Notes: a model not told the origin generated them from the sequence alone. A DNA stretch of 63,724 nucleotides, filler included, from Kipferlia bialata (GCA_003568945.1; 6 parts of 6 records of this genome joined end to end with filler, not necessarily neighbours in it); one strand, 5' to 3'; shown: positions 13,693 through 27,308, numbered from the whole stretch's first letter. Translations and numbers: made by a program.

Positions 13693-14206
13693 ATCCCTTG
13701 ACTGTGTGCTCTCTACTGTCAAGCAGCCTTTCTCCTTCGACGGGTCTGGCTTTGTTGCTCTCTTCATCCTGGCAGGTGTATGCGTCTATTGTGATTAGTT
13801 GGTATCTTTCTCTCTCTCTCTCTCTCTCACGCATCTCTTGTTGCCCTTGTACTACTTACATCAGCCGTATGTCTTTCGGGTACCCTGTTCTGGACACTTA
13901 AGGTAGGTGTCATGCACACACGCTTCCTGGTAATCTCCTTCAGTCTCTCTCTCCTGGTAACCGATAACGTGAGGCTCCCAACCCCCCCCCCTCCCACCCC
14001 AGTCATATGCCAAGTACAACTCTAGGCGCCGCAAGGACGGAAAGGGACCAATGCTAGGTATGCGTGGTTATGATACCGACCTCCCCCCCCCCTGTCTCCC
14101 CCCAGGCCTTGGACCCAAGCGCTACCAACGCATGCTGCAGATAGTGCACTCTGCTCTGTCAGTGGCGTGCATAGCGGCACTTATAGCATGGCACAAGCTG
14201 ATATAG
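13693..14206 (+). CDS. 3' part of a membrane protein with two hydrophobic segments (4 exons, partial)
   Basis: Spliced translation SLDCVLSTVKQPFSFDGSGFVALFILAAVCLSGTLFWTLKSYAKYNSRRRKDGKGPMLGLGPKRYQRMLQIVHSALSVACIAALIAWHKLI* using canonical GT-AG sites. Confidence 0.55.
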
Positions 14207-14560
14207 AGGCTAGGAGAGTGTTTCTAAGAGGTTACACATAGTATGTTGCATCATGGAGAGAGACCCCCCATATGTATAGACACTAGTGATAGTTGTGCAC
14301 TATATTGGTATAGTCACATTTAGTATAGAGCAATATGTATTAGATCCATATCTAGTAATTAGCAGCATCGTAATAGATTTCGTGTATTGTCCGTGACGTG
14401 TGTATAGATACATACCGGAATTCACCATAGAATATAGTACCATTCTCTACAGATATCACTGTACACTGTATACATCCTGATCTAGGATGCATTTGTTCAC
14501 TCCTATTTGGGTTGTTCTCTATATTGTGTCTCCCTCACTGCACTAGAGAGCATTGACAAT

Positions 14561-15533
14561 ATGAACTCCACCGTTGGAGAGACACATGTGTCACCGCGAA
14601 TTCCTGTTGTGGCTCGACCTCAGTGTGTGACTGCTATATCAGACACACAGGTATAGGTGTAACAACACAGATGGAATGATACGTCTCACACGCCAAATGC
14701 CATGTCTCTGGCTCTTTGGGTAGTACTCATGACCAGGCCCTGCTGCTAGTCTCTCAGACTGGCCCCACCAAGACCTGTCTCCTCCTGACCACCCACTCAG
14801 ATGGGTCATTCTCAGAGGAGGGGCTGCCATGCCCCATACTCATACAGGTACTGCCTCTACTCTTACAACACCACGTTGTCACACGATATATGGCTGCCAT
14901 TCTCTTCTCCCTGACAGCACAGTGTAAGTGCTACGGAGTCAGAGTGGGTAGAGACCTTCTGTTTCTCTGCTACGACCCCCACCACGATCCCTTCCGCCAC
15001 ACCCTGTATGCACTCTCAGTGGGTACCATGGAGTGGAGGGTGGCACAGGAGCAAGGGGTCAGGCCTCCCAGGATGACAGCACCCACTGTATTCAGGTGTC
15101 ATATCAGACTGTTATGACTACAGTTCAGTCTGACTCTCACTACCACACTGCTTACAGACCACGAATTACACTATGCTAACTACAGTCAAAGGAACACCTT
15201 CTATATCCACGGAGTAGAGTATGTGCGGAAGGAGAAGTCTCTACAGAAGTGGTGGGAGGGCTTTGACACTGAGGTTCCCAAGCCGGAGTTCTGGGCATAT
15301 GCGCCACACCTTGGCACTTGGGAGAAGGCTCCTACCCCACCAAAGCGTCTGAGACGAAGGTACTAATACGGAATTTCACACTCACTGTGACAACTAACGA
15401 CAGAAAGCGTGTCCGTCCCCATGTAAGACGCACACCAACAGTGCTTGTAGGTACCCACAGGGTATGGCGAGTCCATGCACTGACAGTGACCAAGAAAGGG
15501 CTGGACAATGGGTGCACGGACAGTCCTGTGTGA
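14561..15533 (+). CDS. Divergent kelch-like beta-propeller protein (spliced)
   Basis: Peptides CLLLTTHSDGSFSEEGLPCP, LYALSVGTMEWRVA and FWAYAPHLGTWEKAPTPP resemble kelch blade motifs and other ORFs in this window. Confidence 0.45.
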
Positions 15534-15703
15534 AGATGGGAGATGACCACATGATTGCACAATAGGTCCTATTAGAACTGATCTGAATCATTGAGGCGGT
15601 AGTTTAGTAATCTGGTTGTGTCTCACTACATACTCCACCATTCTTTAACACTTCTTATCAAACATCTATTATCACCGTCTCACTCTCTGTCTCATCCCTA
15701 TCC

Positions 15704-18315
15704 TCACACGATGGTGAGGTTGTATGTCACATCCACCACCAGACCGAAGTCCACCACCTCCGCATACACTCTAAGGGAGTGCTCCCCCATGGACAGGTTA
15801 GGGATGACCACGTAGTACCCGCCCCCGCCTGCCTGCCACAGACCCTCTACGTCGTAGTCGAAGATGGAGCCGTCAAGGACCTCCTGGATGTAGGGCTTGG
15901 ACTCGTAGTAGTAGGATGGCTCGATAGGGGGGAGAAGCGAGGTGGTGACTCCGTCTAGTGTGAACTGGAGGGGATTGGTCAGCTCGGTGAAGACGCTGTT
16001 GTAGAATAGGCGCAACCCCTCCAATGTGGAATCATCCGGCTCACTGAAGTACCTGTGTTACTAAGAATGGAGAGTTCCGAATTGCCTTATCACAAGTATG
16101 CTAGGTTGGCATATACATACCCGTTAAAGACTGGTACCACAATGTCGCGGCCATACTCGACGGCACAGTCTCTAACAACAGGACCGATTAGACCCTGAGT
16201 GCCTGCCAGATACCTGACTAGTTAACACTGAGTGTTGTACTTGCGATACATAAGTAACGTACTCTCTATAATATGGCGAGATTTATAGTAGCTATTCCTC
16301 ACCATGCCGTCTGAAGGTCCTGGTGTAGGCCGCATCTCTCTCCCGTTGTGTCACTCATGGGGTTGTTGTCCAGAGGCTCAATGCTCGCCCAGTTCCTGCA
16401 GTGAGGGTCATACAATATCCAACATGTCTACAAATGGCCAAAGACCCACATACCACCAGTCTCCATTGACATCGCCAGCCGGTCTAAACTGCATGCAAGT
16501 GGCATCTTCCACACCACAGGAGGAGTGATGGAGGTCGTCAATCCACTGAGGTGAGGCACTTATAGGAATGGTGTGAAGAGTACTAGTGTATATAACCGCT
16601 AGTGGTCAGCAGTACCTGTGGACATTCCAAGGCATTGCCTGCAAGGGTCACCTCCCTCAGGCCACCCATCTGGCCTGGTACCAACTGGCTCATGTCAGGC
16701 ACCTCGCCATTGATCTCATTGCACTCTAGACGCAGGCTCTTCAGGTGCTGCATTGACTGGGATTGGTATAGGCTAAATACGACTTCTATAATGATCAATC
16801 GTAGAGAAGCACATATAACATGCCAATGCACCCATATACCTGCAGACACTCAGGTAGGGCACCCGTGAACCTGTTGTTGTCGAGCAAGGCATACTTGAGG
16901 TAGGGCAAGGCACAGAGGGGGTCGATGTTGGTGCCACTCTCGATATCGTCACACCTTGACTGGCCGAAGTGGTTGCCTAATGGTAAGAGTGGTCGAAAGT
17001 GCAACGACAAAGTAACTCAGTCAAGTACCTGTGAGGTCCAAGTGCTGCATGTGCTCAGGGAGAGGGTGTATGGCACCCCTGAGGCCGTTGTTCCTTAGGT
17101 AGAGGGTCTTGAGCTGGGGCAGGCATTGGAGGGCAGGGTGGGCATACCCGATGAGGTTGTTGTCGCTGAGGTGGAGCTCCTTGACGGTATTGGGAGTGCA
17201 CACGCCAGGCACGTAAGAGTCGCACTCACATATGACACCGAAGTACTGGAGGTTAGACGGCATGTGATGTCCATAGCCTACACTTCTCATCAACAGATAA
17301 TGACTGAAGACTACCACTGAACAGCACCATACCTCGCACACGTCAGTGCCAGTCCAGCCTGTGTTGTTGGTCCAGTTGTCGCCTCCAGCAGCCTGTGGGT
17401 AGAAAATGTGTTGAAATCAGATATGATTATGATAAGAGTGTCCCCCAGTGGGAATACAGTGTATTCAATACACCGCATATATGATACATGACGTGCATGC
17501 CACGCGGCTGACCTGGTAGAACATGGCCAGTGCGGCCTCAGGGGTGGCAGGACACTCAAAGTGCACAGGGATGGCATCTATCTCCAGGGGGATGGCCACG
17601 CCGATCTCCTCGTCCTGGGTCAGTGTATTGTGTATGTGTCAAGGCAAGACAGGTAGGCAGATGATGTGAAGGGAGGGGATGTGGGAACAGTCATGAACAC
17701 ATCAGCTAGTAGATACTGACAATAGACCCCCACCCACCTGATGTGCGTACACAGCCGACGTAGGCAGGAATGGTGTGATGGCGTCACTGGCAACATCCAC
17801 CTGGAAGCCCAGGGAGAGAGAGAAGGGGGCGTCGCTGTCGATGTCACCCATGTAGAACCGCAGGGCCACGGCGCCGTCGGGGTAGTTGTAGACATAGTCA
17901 GGCTCGACGGAGACAGACTCGAGGTCGATTACGGTGGTGCAGGGGGCGACAATGTCCAGACGGACATCGGTGTTGATAAGCTGGTGTGAGGCAAAGAGGA
18001 GCGAGATTAGAGAGGACTTGTGGTCCTACGGGTGAACAGTCGGAGAGAATAGCGTATCAGTGATAAGGGCCGCCAAAGCCTGAGTCAAGTAGTGACTGAA
18101 CTTGTGTGTGACGATAGAATTACATGTAGGAGGTGTGTTCTTACCTCAGTCTCCGCCTCTGTGACGTTGACGGTGAGCAAGGCCGTCTTGGGGTTGGTAT
18201 CGCCGCTGGCCAAGTATATGCCGCCCTCTGGGGTAGTGATAGAGGCCGAGGCGTCCAAGGCCACGGAGAAGGAGAGCAGGAACAGCAGGATCAGGCAGCA
18301 CACAAACACCCTCAT
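15704..18315 (-). CDS. Secreted/surface leucine-rich-repeat protein (plant-type LRR with N-cap)
   Basis: Signal peptide MRVFVCCLILLFLLSFSVA; N-cap ALAMFYQAAGGDNWTNNTGW..C..FGVIC; repeats VKELHLSDNNLIG, LKTLYLRNNGLRG, LKYALLDNNRFTG, LKSLRLECNEING. Confidence 0.8.
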
Positions 18316-18589
18316 CGAGTAGTGTCTGGTAGAAACGTGATTGTTCAAGGATGCTTCCGAAGCTGTGCGAAGCTGCGACTTATGGTATCAGCGTCTGAAG
18401 GTTTCAACCCAGAATCTGAAGCTACCAATTGTCTGAAACACAAATCATCTCAACAGTTACATCACAATGCATACGGCGCCATGGCTGAAATGACAAGTCA
18501 AAATTTACTCTAGAACGAGGGAGACAAATAGAAATCGGAAACACGTGAAACATGGACATAAAGTATTGTCGAACTGGCAGTTCAACTGC

Positions 18590-18611
18590 CCCTCACAGTG
18601 AGGGCCTCACT
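18590..18611. mobile_element. Putative DNA-transposon excision footprint, T=CCCTCACT
   Basis: CCCTCAC-AGTGAGGG-CCTCACT = T[1-7]+revcomp(T)+T[2-8]; a variant scar lies adjacent at 18571-18590. Confidence 0.6.
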
Positions 18612-18750
18612 TCTTGACCTTGGTCTTCAGGGGTCCAACCCCTGCTAAAGACACTGTCCACACAGCCAGTAAGACAATGACCACCACTGAGGTGATGGAG
18701 ACTGGGGTGGTGCCCTTGACGCCTCTGTTCTTGACGAGGATGCCTAAGGT

Positions 18751-18789
<39 letters not shown>

Positions 18790-19273
18790 CGGGGGGGGGG
18801 GGGGGGGGGGGGGTCACGAATAGCTTCCCGACACCATACCGTGATCATAATAGCCAGAAGCTGCACAAAGTACCTTGAACAGTGCCTTCCAGAAGGTGAC
18901 ACCGACATATGAAACCCTCCTACCCACTACACGTCACATATACACACAGACCCTACCTCCACATTCCTCTTGAACTTTGACCTGGTCAGACTGTGCTGGA
19001 TAAAGTCAAGGGCATCTCTAGGGGTTAGTATAGGTTAGTATTCAGGAAGAGAGACTGGATAGATATGGACTGAGAGACAATATCCGGTCAGATGCACTTC
19101 TCTGCGGCGATATGGTCCTCTGACACCACCCTCACCTGCCGGATATGTCCTTGACAGACGATATCTGGGGCAGAGCGGGGAGGGATGGCATGGTCTCCCA
19201 AGATATGCAGGTCAAGAGAGGTCCTGACATGAGATACGTGGGATACTGTTGATCTGTCAGAAAACATCTCCAT
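18607..19273 (-). CDS. Possible small protein with C-terminal transmembrane helix
   Basis: Last exon can read GILVKNRGVKGTTPVSITSVVVIVLLAVWTVSLAGVGPLKTKVKK*; upstream exon phases could not be fully reconciled. Confidence 0.3.
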
Positions 19274-19602
19274 ACTGGATTATAGTACCCACAATGTACA
19301 GATATACCACACTAATAGCACTCACACTGTGGTGTGGGTCAGAACACAGGGGAGTCTCGGTTCTCTGTAGTGGCAGAGGAAACAGCTGGAGCTGCGAGAT
19401 GCCTTCTCTCTGTTGGCACAAAAACTGTAGGGGTGTAGACTCGAAGACGGATTTGTCCCAGCGAATTGTTCATCGTCTCTAATTGTTCTGTCCACTGGCT
19501 TTTTTGACCATATCTGCTCATTTCGTCTTCAATGAACGTAGAGCGCAGAGTATTCCCACAGACGGATTTAGACGGGATTGAACTAGAACAGGATAGTGTC
19601 AG

Positions 19603-19624
19603 GTCCTAAGTTAGGACTCCTAAC
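19603..19624. mobile_element. Putative excision footprint, T=GTCCTAAC
   Basis: GTCCTAA-GTTAGGAC-TCCTAAC. Confidence 0.6.
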
Positions 19625-19984
19625 AGTATATACTCCTAACATAGGAGTCATTCACTGACTGGCAAAAAGAAATTTTTGGAATGAGTCGAATAATGAGTCA
19701 CTCACCTAGAGTGTGTTCTATTGATATAGATATAAGATATTAGACACAGTAGACACTATAGACATAGGGACTCTTCTTGTAAGACGTGTTGCTCCAAGTC
19801 TAGGAGGCATATACTTCCCACCCTTGACCCTGTATGTATTGCCCACGAGTTGCCTCAGAGGTGGAACCGTGCCTCTGTTCCCTTGGGCCACTCTGTGTGC
19901 ATCATGACTGGGCGCAGGTCGAGACCAGGTCTGGTGTTAGAGGGGTGGTAGAGCAGGTATCAATTACTGAATCTGGCCCAGGCC

Positions 19985-21250
19985 ATCACACCAACCCTGG
20001 GGTTGGTGTGATGGTATAGTAGGATTCAATCTTCCAATCCATACACCAGTGCCTGTGGCTTCTTAAAGGAAGGAAGTACCAATACTAAGACAATAGGGAT
20101 TAGTCATATGGACGTAGTACGTCACGTACACTCTGTCAGGGTGGGTGCTCCACTGGGAGTAGACACCAAGGCGGCTGAAGATCTCAGGCTTGAAGCCATC
20201 GGGCCTGGGTCAGTTCACCAGTGACATATAGAGCTACAATGGCTACATACTATTGGTATATCGACGAAGAGGCCCGTACCTGATACCACTCCCTAGCAGT
20301 GCCTCCACTTGACGCAGTGTCTTCTGCAGATAGGCATGGTCTCTGAAGTCTGGGCACCTCACACACACGATGTACATCCTGACATGGCCGTCGTCACACA
20401 GCTGCCGTTAGTCTAATGTGGATATATATACTCTAGAAATAGCTCATGATAGAACTTCTATCATCGAAGATATGATAGAATGTCGTCGTATAGTGGTATA
20501 CCGTTGAACAGGCCCTACCTTGGGGACGCAGGAGCAGGCACAGCCCAGAAGATTGTGTCTGTCTCCGTCGATGCCATTCACAACAGCCCGTGCCACCTTG
20601 GGCCACACTGTATCAATCTGATGGTAGTGGACAGTGTTCACTGAACACCCTACATAGTATAGTATTGTAGTGTACACCCAAGGTAAGAGGACTCAACACT
20701 ACTCCTATTACTGTAGAAGTGTATACACATGCTACTTACGTCTCTGGGTACAATCGGTATCAACAGCTTTGTCTGTGTGTGGCCAAGTGGGACAGTGGCA
20801 GCAAGGATCCTGTCTCTTACATCCTGTGTGTGAATCACAATGGGATACACTGAGAATTCTTTGTGGACATATACTACCCTAGAAGTTCAATCTCATTCAT
20901 GACCTGCTTGTACTCATCTGTGGGGGCCTTGTTCTGCAAGAACATGTCCACGATGCTCTTGTACTGAGGCAAGGCTCTCACTGTTTCGAGGTCGTAAGGA
21001 ACAGGGTTGTTCAGGTGGTTGGCTACCATCAGGCATCTCACTCTTCCGTCATCCCTTCGCTGCTCTGATGGAATGTGGTGGGCCAGGTAGTCCTCAATAG
21101 CCTCGCTGGTGCCGTCGAAGTGGATACGGACCTGATTATTGGGATACAATTGTAAAAGAGATATAGTATCGGTTTGGCAACTATATGTATGTGCAGAACA
21201 GATTGTACCTTTGGTGGCTGGTCCTGGTGGTATCGGCTCTGAGCGTACAT
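19985..21250 (-). CDS. DUF1917 / UPF0696 (Bles03/C11orf68-like, eIF4E-like fold) protein
   Basis: Spliced motifs HQIDTVWPKVARAVVNG, YIVCVRCPDFRDHAYLQKTLRQVEALLG and GFKPEIFSRLGVYSQW follow the family pattern D..W..va.a...G / icVy..Df.D / yKpD.yT.LGiY. Last exon uncertain. Confidence 0.65.
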
Positions 21251-21566
21251 TGGATTCAAGGCAATAACCAGTGTGTACTAGGCGCTGGCGATAGAAGAAG
21301 GAGGGGGCTATTAGATCACTGCGTCGTGGAGGGTATCTCCAACAAGCCCTAATCTGTCACCGCCGCTAAATACCGTAGACTCTACAGTATCTGGTCCTGA
21401 TTCAAGGAACACGGTCTAGCTTTTCGCGGAATGACTAATGCGACACCTAGTCAATATATAAAGTACACTGAACGGTCCAGGACCAATGAATACAATTTAC
21501 TAAAGATGGTTTCTAGAGCAATAAGCTGGCTCTCACGACGGTTATGTCCTATGAGATGCTCTTGAC

Positions 21567-22530
21567 TCAAGTGAGGCTCTTAAGTCTGATAACCTCACCT
21601 GTCACAGTATCTAGCACGTTACCGACTGTCATGCCATATCCTGTGTAGCTTTGATCAGGAGCCACTAGACACCGCTCTGAGCCGAGATGAAGGGGTCGGT
21701 CTGCAAGGAAGACTTCTGGTAGCTCATAGTGGAGGCTGCAGTGAAGTCTATCCTTTGCTTGGTGGCCAGGTTCACCGTCATACTCACGGTCCATCATCTG
21801 CCAGCCTAGTTTCGGAGTGTATCGTGCCCAGAAGAGGTAGGGTTGCACACGCATGTCTAACTGCTGCGCAAACAGACAGGCCCCGAAGGGAGTTTGACAG
21901 AAGGTTAACCTCTTGCACTTGGGTAGGCTGCAGGGAGTGTGTGTCCAGCGCCTCTCTTCGTACTCCAAGTTGGACAGCGCACGATATGTCTTGGAACGTC
22001 CCATGATGCTGGAGTATACAACAAGACTACCCTCGTAACAGAAGATGGCTCTGACATATGGCCTGTGGTCCCCGCTTCCATCACCCTCCCCAGCCACCAG
22101 GGCCTGTGCAAGTACAGGTGCGAGGTCAATGTCACTCCAGATGTGGTCGTCAAGGGAGAGCACCTGGCACCTCAGGTGGTCGGCAGGGTATGACTCAAAG
22201 GCAGGTACGGCATTGCACACGTAGACTCTGCAGCCGTCACAAGCGAGTAGTGGACAGTGATAGAAGGTGACAGGGGAGACCACTTCCTCTTCCTCTGCTG
22301 TACCGTCCTCCAGAATGGTGATGATTGAGCATCTGCGGTCACGTCCAAGAACAAACGCCTGGAGTCATGCAACTTCTATAACAATCTTTCGACATACTAT
22401 ACTGATGTCTACTCGACTATAGTCACTGTATGCCTCACCTTGTTGTGCCGAATCTCAATCACAACTGAGGATCTAACCAGTAGAAGGCTGTCCTGTGAGA
22501 GGCTGGAAACCCAGTGCCGAGAGCTGCAGA
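21567..22530 (-). CDS. Divergent kelch-like beta-propeller protein
   Basis: 238-aa ORF extends upstream in frame (AFVLGRDRRCSIITILEDGTAEEEEVVSP) to an acceptor near 22360, with another exon at about 22440-22530; motifs VLSLDDHIWSDI, RYTPKLGWQ, VLDTVTGE. Confidence 0.55.
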
Positions 22531-22729
22531 GTGACACACTAGTGGGATAGGGATCATTCTGTACTGTGAGAGGTAGTGATCAAACAGTAATTTACAGTCT
22601 GACAATATCATAGTCTACAGTAGTACACGATCTTGGCATAATGGGATATATATGCTAAGGAAGTGTCAATGAGCTGCCTTGTGCAACCACGGTAACAACG
22701 TATGGGTAGTGCTACACCAGTTGATAGTA

Positions 22730-22751
22730 GATGTAAGTTACATCATGTAAC
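22730..22751. mobile_element. Putative excision footprint, T=GATGTAAC
   Basis: GATGTAA-GTTACATC-ATGTAAC. Confidence 0.6.
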
Positions 22752-22915
22752 ATATATCAGATACACATACCACATCACTGGCCATAGTGGTGCCGTAGGT
22801 CGGGCCGTACTCCCATGTTAGCTTCCCAATGGGAGCCTCTGTGTCAAGTGTGGACATTCCAACTAATAGTCAGTATGGGGGCGAAATTACTGAGCCTAGT
22901 AGCTGGTAACGATTA

Positions 22916-22937
22916 CCTGAGAATCTCAGGCTGAGAT
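22916..22937. mobile_element. Putative excision footprint, T=CCTGAGAT
   Basis: CCTGAGA-ATCTCAGG-CTGAGAT. Confidence 0.6.
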
Positions 22938-23338
22938 AGACTGTGTTATCGTGTTTGTTGAAAGAGCGGCAAGATGGGTACATACCGTGTAGTGTACACC
23001 GTGATGGTCCACTATGTCTACAGTGCTGACACTCTCACCATCACCTGTAAAGTCGACTCAAAGCTTGACATTTCCGCAACACTGTTTAGTCAAGAGGGAA
23101 GTGTAAACAGTGATCTCGAGACCCTTCCTGACCTCATAGCAAAACACTAAACCACAACAGACCACACTGATACTAGGCCTAGTCTAAATCTAACATCGTG
23201 TAGACACAATAGCCACTAACAGCCAACAAGGTCTATACCTCTTTGGAGACTATATCCTCGTAACATACTGAACAGTGTAGCCATGAGGAGGTCATTGATA
23301 TGAGACCAACATTGTAGAGTAACAATGGAAATAGCTGA

Positions 23339-23986
23339 CTAGCCAAAGCTAAACCTGGGCCAACCATTGTCTTCAGCCGTATGTCTAGGTGCGTTCGCTC
23401 CTGTCCCAAACCCGAACCCAGGCTGAGTAGTAGGATTCGGCGGAGTAGGGTTTCCAAAGGCAGCCAGCCCCACAGCACGCCCGTGACGGCCCCCAAGTAT
23501 CCTTGTTAGAGGGACACTAGCCCGCTGTCTAGCAGAGTGCTCTTCGAGAAGTGCAGTGCGCTGCCTAAAGGCCTCGGGATCATCCCAATCCTCTACCCTG
23601 GGTGTCACTGACTGCTCACTAGAATACATACTTAACATATATCATTGGTCACTGGGGGTGTACTACTCCGCTACTCACCTTGCGTATCCCATGGCACTGT
23701 TGGGGTACACGAGGTCTGGGTGTATGGCAGCGTCGTGGGTCTTGTTGTGTCTGTGCATCGTCACCCTTGTGTCATCGGTACTGGATTCTATACTCAGATC
23801 CAAGTGCCCACGCAAGGTGCCAGGCTGAGAATGAGTCGAGGCATTCTTAATTTTTTTATATATATAGTATGGATATATATATGGATAGACAAGACACCTC
23901 ACTGTAGGAGAGTGTACATCATATGGAAGAATAATCGGTGTTATTACATTACCCACAGGGTAACCAGTCAACGCTTCACCAGCCAT
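23339..23986 (-). CDS. Hypothetical protein with FG-rich C-terminus
   Basis: GC-rich exon-like blocks with splice signals; last exon VEDWDDPEAFRQR...AFGNPTPPNPTTQPGFGFGTG...RFSFG*. Confidence 0.35.
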
Positions 23987-24205
23987 GTACCTTCAGTGGG
24001 AACAACCATGTGGGGTTTAGGCGGTGGGCAACATCTCCACTGATCTGAGGTGAGTAACTAGCTCACATGCATAATGAACAATCACAATACTTTACAAAAC
24101 ATTCACACCACAGGTTACGAGGGACTGATGATAACGTGTGTGTGACTGGCATTGTACTACTTACCGTATCATACAGGATCATGCTGTCCCTGTTCCATAG
24201 CACTA

Positions 24206-26200
24206 TCAGACGGTCGAAGGCCTGGCGGTAAGTGCATTAATAGTAAGCGGCATGATCGACAGACAACAATAATCACTTGTTGAGTAAAAACAATCCTCGC
24301 ATCCCACCTTAACATGTACCGCACTGTACGATGCCGTCACATGAGCGGGGAATGACACATGGAGGTCTGTCCACCCGTCACTCAGGGTGAAGCTGGGTAA
24401 GAGGGGTATGCAGTATGTGCTACATAAATACAACAGAGAATATTCACTGTATTTCTCAGATATGCTCACCTGAAGGCATGGTAGCGAGCAAACACGTAGA
24501 GCACCCCGTGGACTACTACACATGCACGGTACATGGGGTCCTCATGCTGTGTTAGAAGGGATACTCTAGGAGTCTCTACTGCGATACCGTGAGAAATCAA
24601 TGACAGTGAATGTGTTGCGGATTTATAATAGAATACACGTGGAAGCGCAGTATCGTGAACAATACGCACCATGATACCCCTTGGGCACTGGTGATCTAGG
24701 GTGTCAAAGGTCCCAGTAGCAGGATCATAGAGACGCATGATCTCTCTACCACCCTGGGGTTAGAAGGGACCACTATATACTACACCTCGTGTATTTGCAG
24801 CAGCTCTCACCTGGTCCTCCTCGTCCCGTGCCCCATGCCTCTCGGCACAGTGGCCAGTGGAGCCGAAGACCAGGAACTTGCCGTCTAGACACACCCCCAT
24901 GCCAGCTGGGGTAAGTATGATGTGTATCCTATATAATTTATATAGCATATTGTGATCGATATCAACATGGCAATACTACTATATAATACTACGGAACTTA
25001 CCGTCTAGACATACACCCATGCTAGATGGGGTGAGGGTATATAATAGAGTGATAAATAGAGTAGTATGATCCAATATACTGTGCACATCTTATAGTGAAT
25101 CGATATCTTATAGAGACAGACGCACATGCCAGCTGAGGTGCGGGTATTCTATATGAAACAAAACCAAAATGGAGACAGATACTTTAGCTAGCTAGGGGGT
25201 GGGACTTGGATGTATATCCGGAAATTCACCCCGAAAGTGTAGACAGTGAATCACACACATACACACACACATATATATTAATATACACATATATAAGAAC
25301 TGGACATCGCACCTGTGTCCTTAGGTTCCATGCCGTCTCTGTCGGGATCTGCTGTCCTGTCTGTAGGTCAGTGACGATATAACATAACAATTAATGAATG
25401 TATAATATGATGGTGTAACAACAATAATACCCAATAGACCATATCAGACACACAATACGGGACAACGTACCTTCTGGCCTGACAGTCTTCCACTCAAGAG
25501 TGTCCAGAGGTAGTATGTTGAGCTCTTCTGAAGAGTTAGACACTGGCTTAAGATCCTAACTACACAGTATATACAGAATACTCTAGATTAGTGAGCTAAG
25601 GCATACAGCCTGTATTACAAGCTGTCTGTAAATAGGTTCACACCGCATCAAAGCATAAGCACCTGTACCAGCCTTGCTGCCAAATGGGACGGTAACTGGG
25701 TCCCCAGATCTGCAGTGAGACACACTGCTGTGACATACACCTTTACACACTATACACTTACGATGCTTAATACCAACCTGAGTCTCTTCCCGTAGAGGTA
25801 CACACAGCCACCGACCCTAGCAATTGCAAGGGGCTGGACTGTCACACAGACACCACGAGGGGCCTCGGGTTACACACTATAAGTATAAATATACACGCAG
25901 TAAAATATGTGTAAACGAGTGAACTACAATATCCAACCTGGAGACGGGATGGGATCTGTCTGGACTCCAGTAGGGATGTGGGCTGCTGCTGGTCTTGGTG
26001 GGAGAACACTGAGGTGAGAGCCGTATATAGTCAGCAAATAGAAAGAATATATGATGGCAATGTTCCTTATGAATCGTGATGTCACATACACCACATACCG
26101 TGTGTCACAAGCTGATTGTCCTGGACGCTGAAGGAGAGTGACTCCCCAGGGCCTCCCTCAACCCATCTCTGGTACGAGGGTGCCTTGGTGGCTAGTGTCA
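24206..26200 (-). CDS. Kelch-repeat-like protein (multi-exon)
   Basis: Exon peptides AIARVGGCVYLYG, LNILPLDTLEWKTV, GVCLDGKFLVFGS, RLYDPATGTFDTL, CVVVHGVLYVFA, FTLSDGWTDL. Confidence 0.6.
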
Positions 26201-26759
26201 GCGGAATACACTAAGTACTCTGGTATTCAGGCAATGAGTATTGTATATATGCGTGTAAAGCACACTGTGTACATAGAGAGGGTATCATACAGTGTATGAT
26301 TCACGCTCTTACACGTATTCATTTGTGTTCAAATATGTATTAGTACATGTGCACATACCCGCATTGCCGTGGCTCTTGATATCGGTGAATAGGGCAGGTT
26401 CTGAGATATGAGGTGTTGGGGCACACTTTGAAAAACTTAGAGGGAAAGAGAGAGGCGAACAGAGAGGAACATACAGACCACAGAAAGAGAGAGAGAGACC
26501 CTACCACTAGCGACAGGCTGTGGAGTGATGGCAGGAGAGCCAAAGAGCGACATTGGATCGGCAGGATGGGCCATAGGTCTCTGAGAAACTGGTGTGAGAG
26601 CTAGAATTACATGTGATAATGTCATATATACGTTTAGACTAAATGTAAATAGGAACGCTGGAAAGGTACTATTAGTACGGCTACAGCTATGTGTTGCATG
26701 TGTGCTAGTAGGCCACTTCAGATGTGGACTGCTAGACTACTAGACTATGTGACATCACA

Positions 26760-27059
26760 CTAACTCCCACCTTGGGTGGCATGCTGTGCTCCAAAGGCTG
26801 TGACAGGGCCAGTGGGGGTAAAGCAAGGGGGGTTGCCAGGGCCGCTAACACCCTGTGCTGCAGTCTGTCCGAAAGAGAATTGGTTAGACCCTGGAGTGAC
26901 ACGGGGTCTCATAGGAGCGGGGTGCGAGGCAGAGGTAGGAGAAGGTGCAGTACCCACACTGCCAAAGGGGTGGGGTCCAGCACGGAGTCCTAAGGTGGAG
27001 TGTATGCTATCTGAAGATTGCAAATAGTGAGCTGTATCCCGGAAAGGGAAAGGGTACAC
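26760..27059 (-). CDS. 3' exon of a hypothetical P/G/F-rich protein (partial)
   Basis: 99-aa GC-rich ORF at a segment end with PFGS, FSFGQ, AFGA motifs. Confidence 0.3.
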   Translation of the reverse strand: MYPFPFRDTAHYLQSSDSIHSTLGLRAGPHPFGSVGTAPSPTSASHPAPMRPRVTPGSNQFSFGQTAAQGVSGPGNPPCFTPTGPVTAFGAQHATQGGS

Positions 27060-27308
27060 TTCAAGATAGAGTATAGATGATAAGTGGGGGGGGGGGGGGG
27101 GGGGGGGAGGAGGGGATAGANNNNNNNNNNNNNNNNNNNNNNNNNNNNNNNNNNNNNNNNNNNNTTAATTAATTAANNNNNNNNNNNNNNNNNNNNNNNN
27201 NNNNNNNNNNNNNNNNNNNNGAAAAAAATTTTTTTTTGTCCCCCCCCCCCCCCCCCCCCCCCCCCCTCTCCCCCTTGTTTGTATATACATATGTATCCTC
27301 ACCCCCAG

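Noticed and set aside
18753..18813. Long poly-G/C tracts as G-quadruplex elements or poly-Pro/Gly coding (also 13630, 27085, 35510, 40817, 54409)
   Set aside because: They sit in introns or at contig ends where homopolymer length is unreliable; no functional evidence.
23339..27059. FG-nucleoporin call for the two FG-containing ORFs
   Set aside because: Only a few FG dipeptides each and no other nucleoporin feature.
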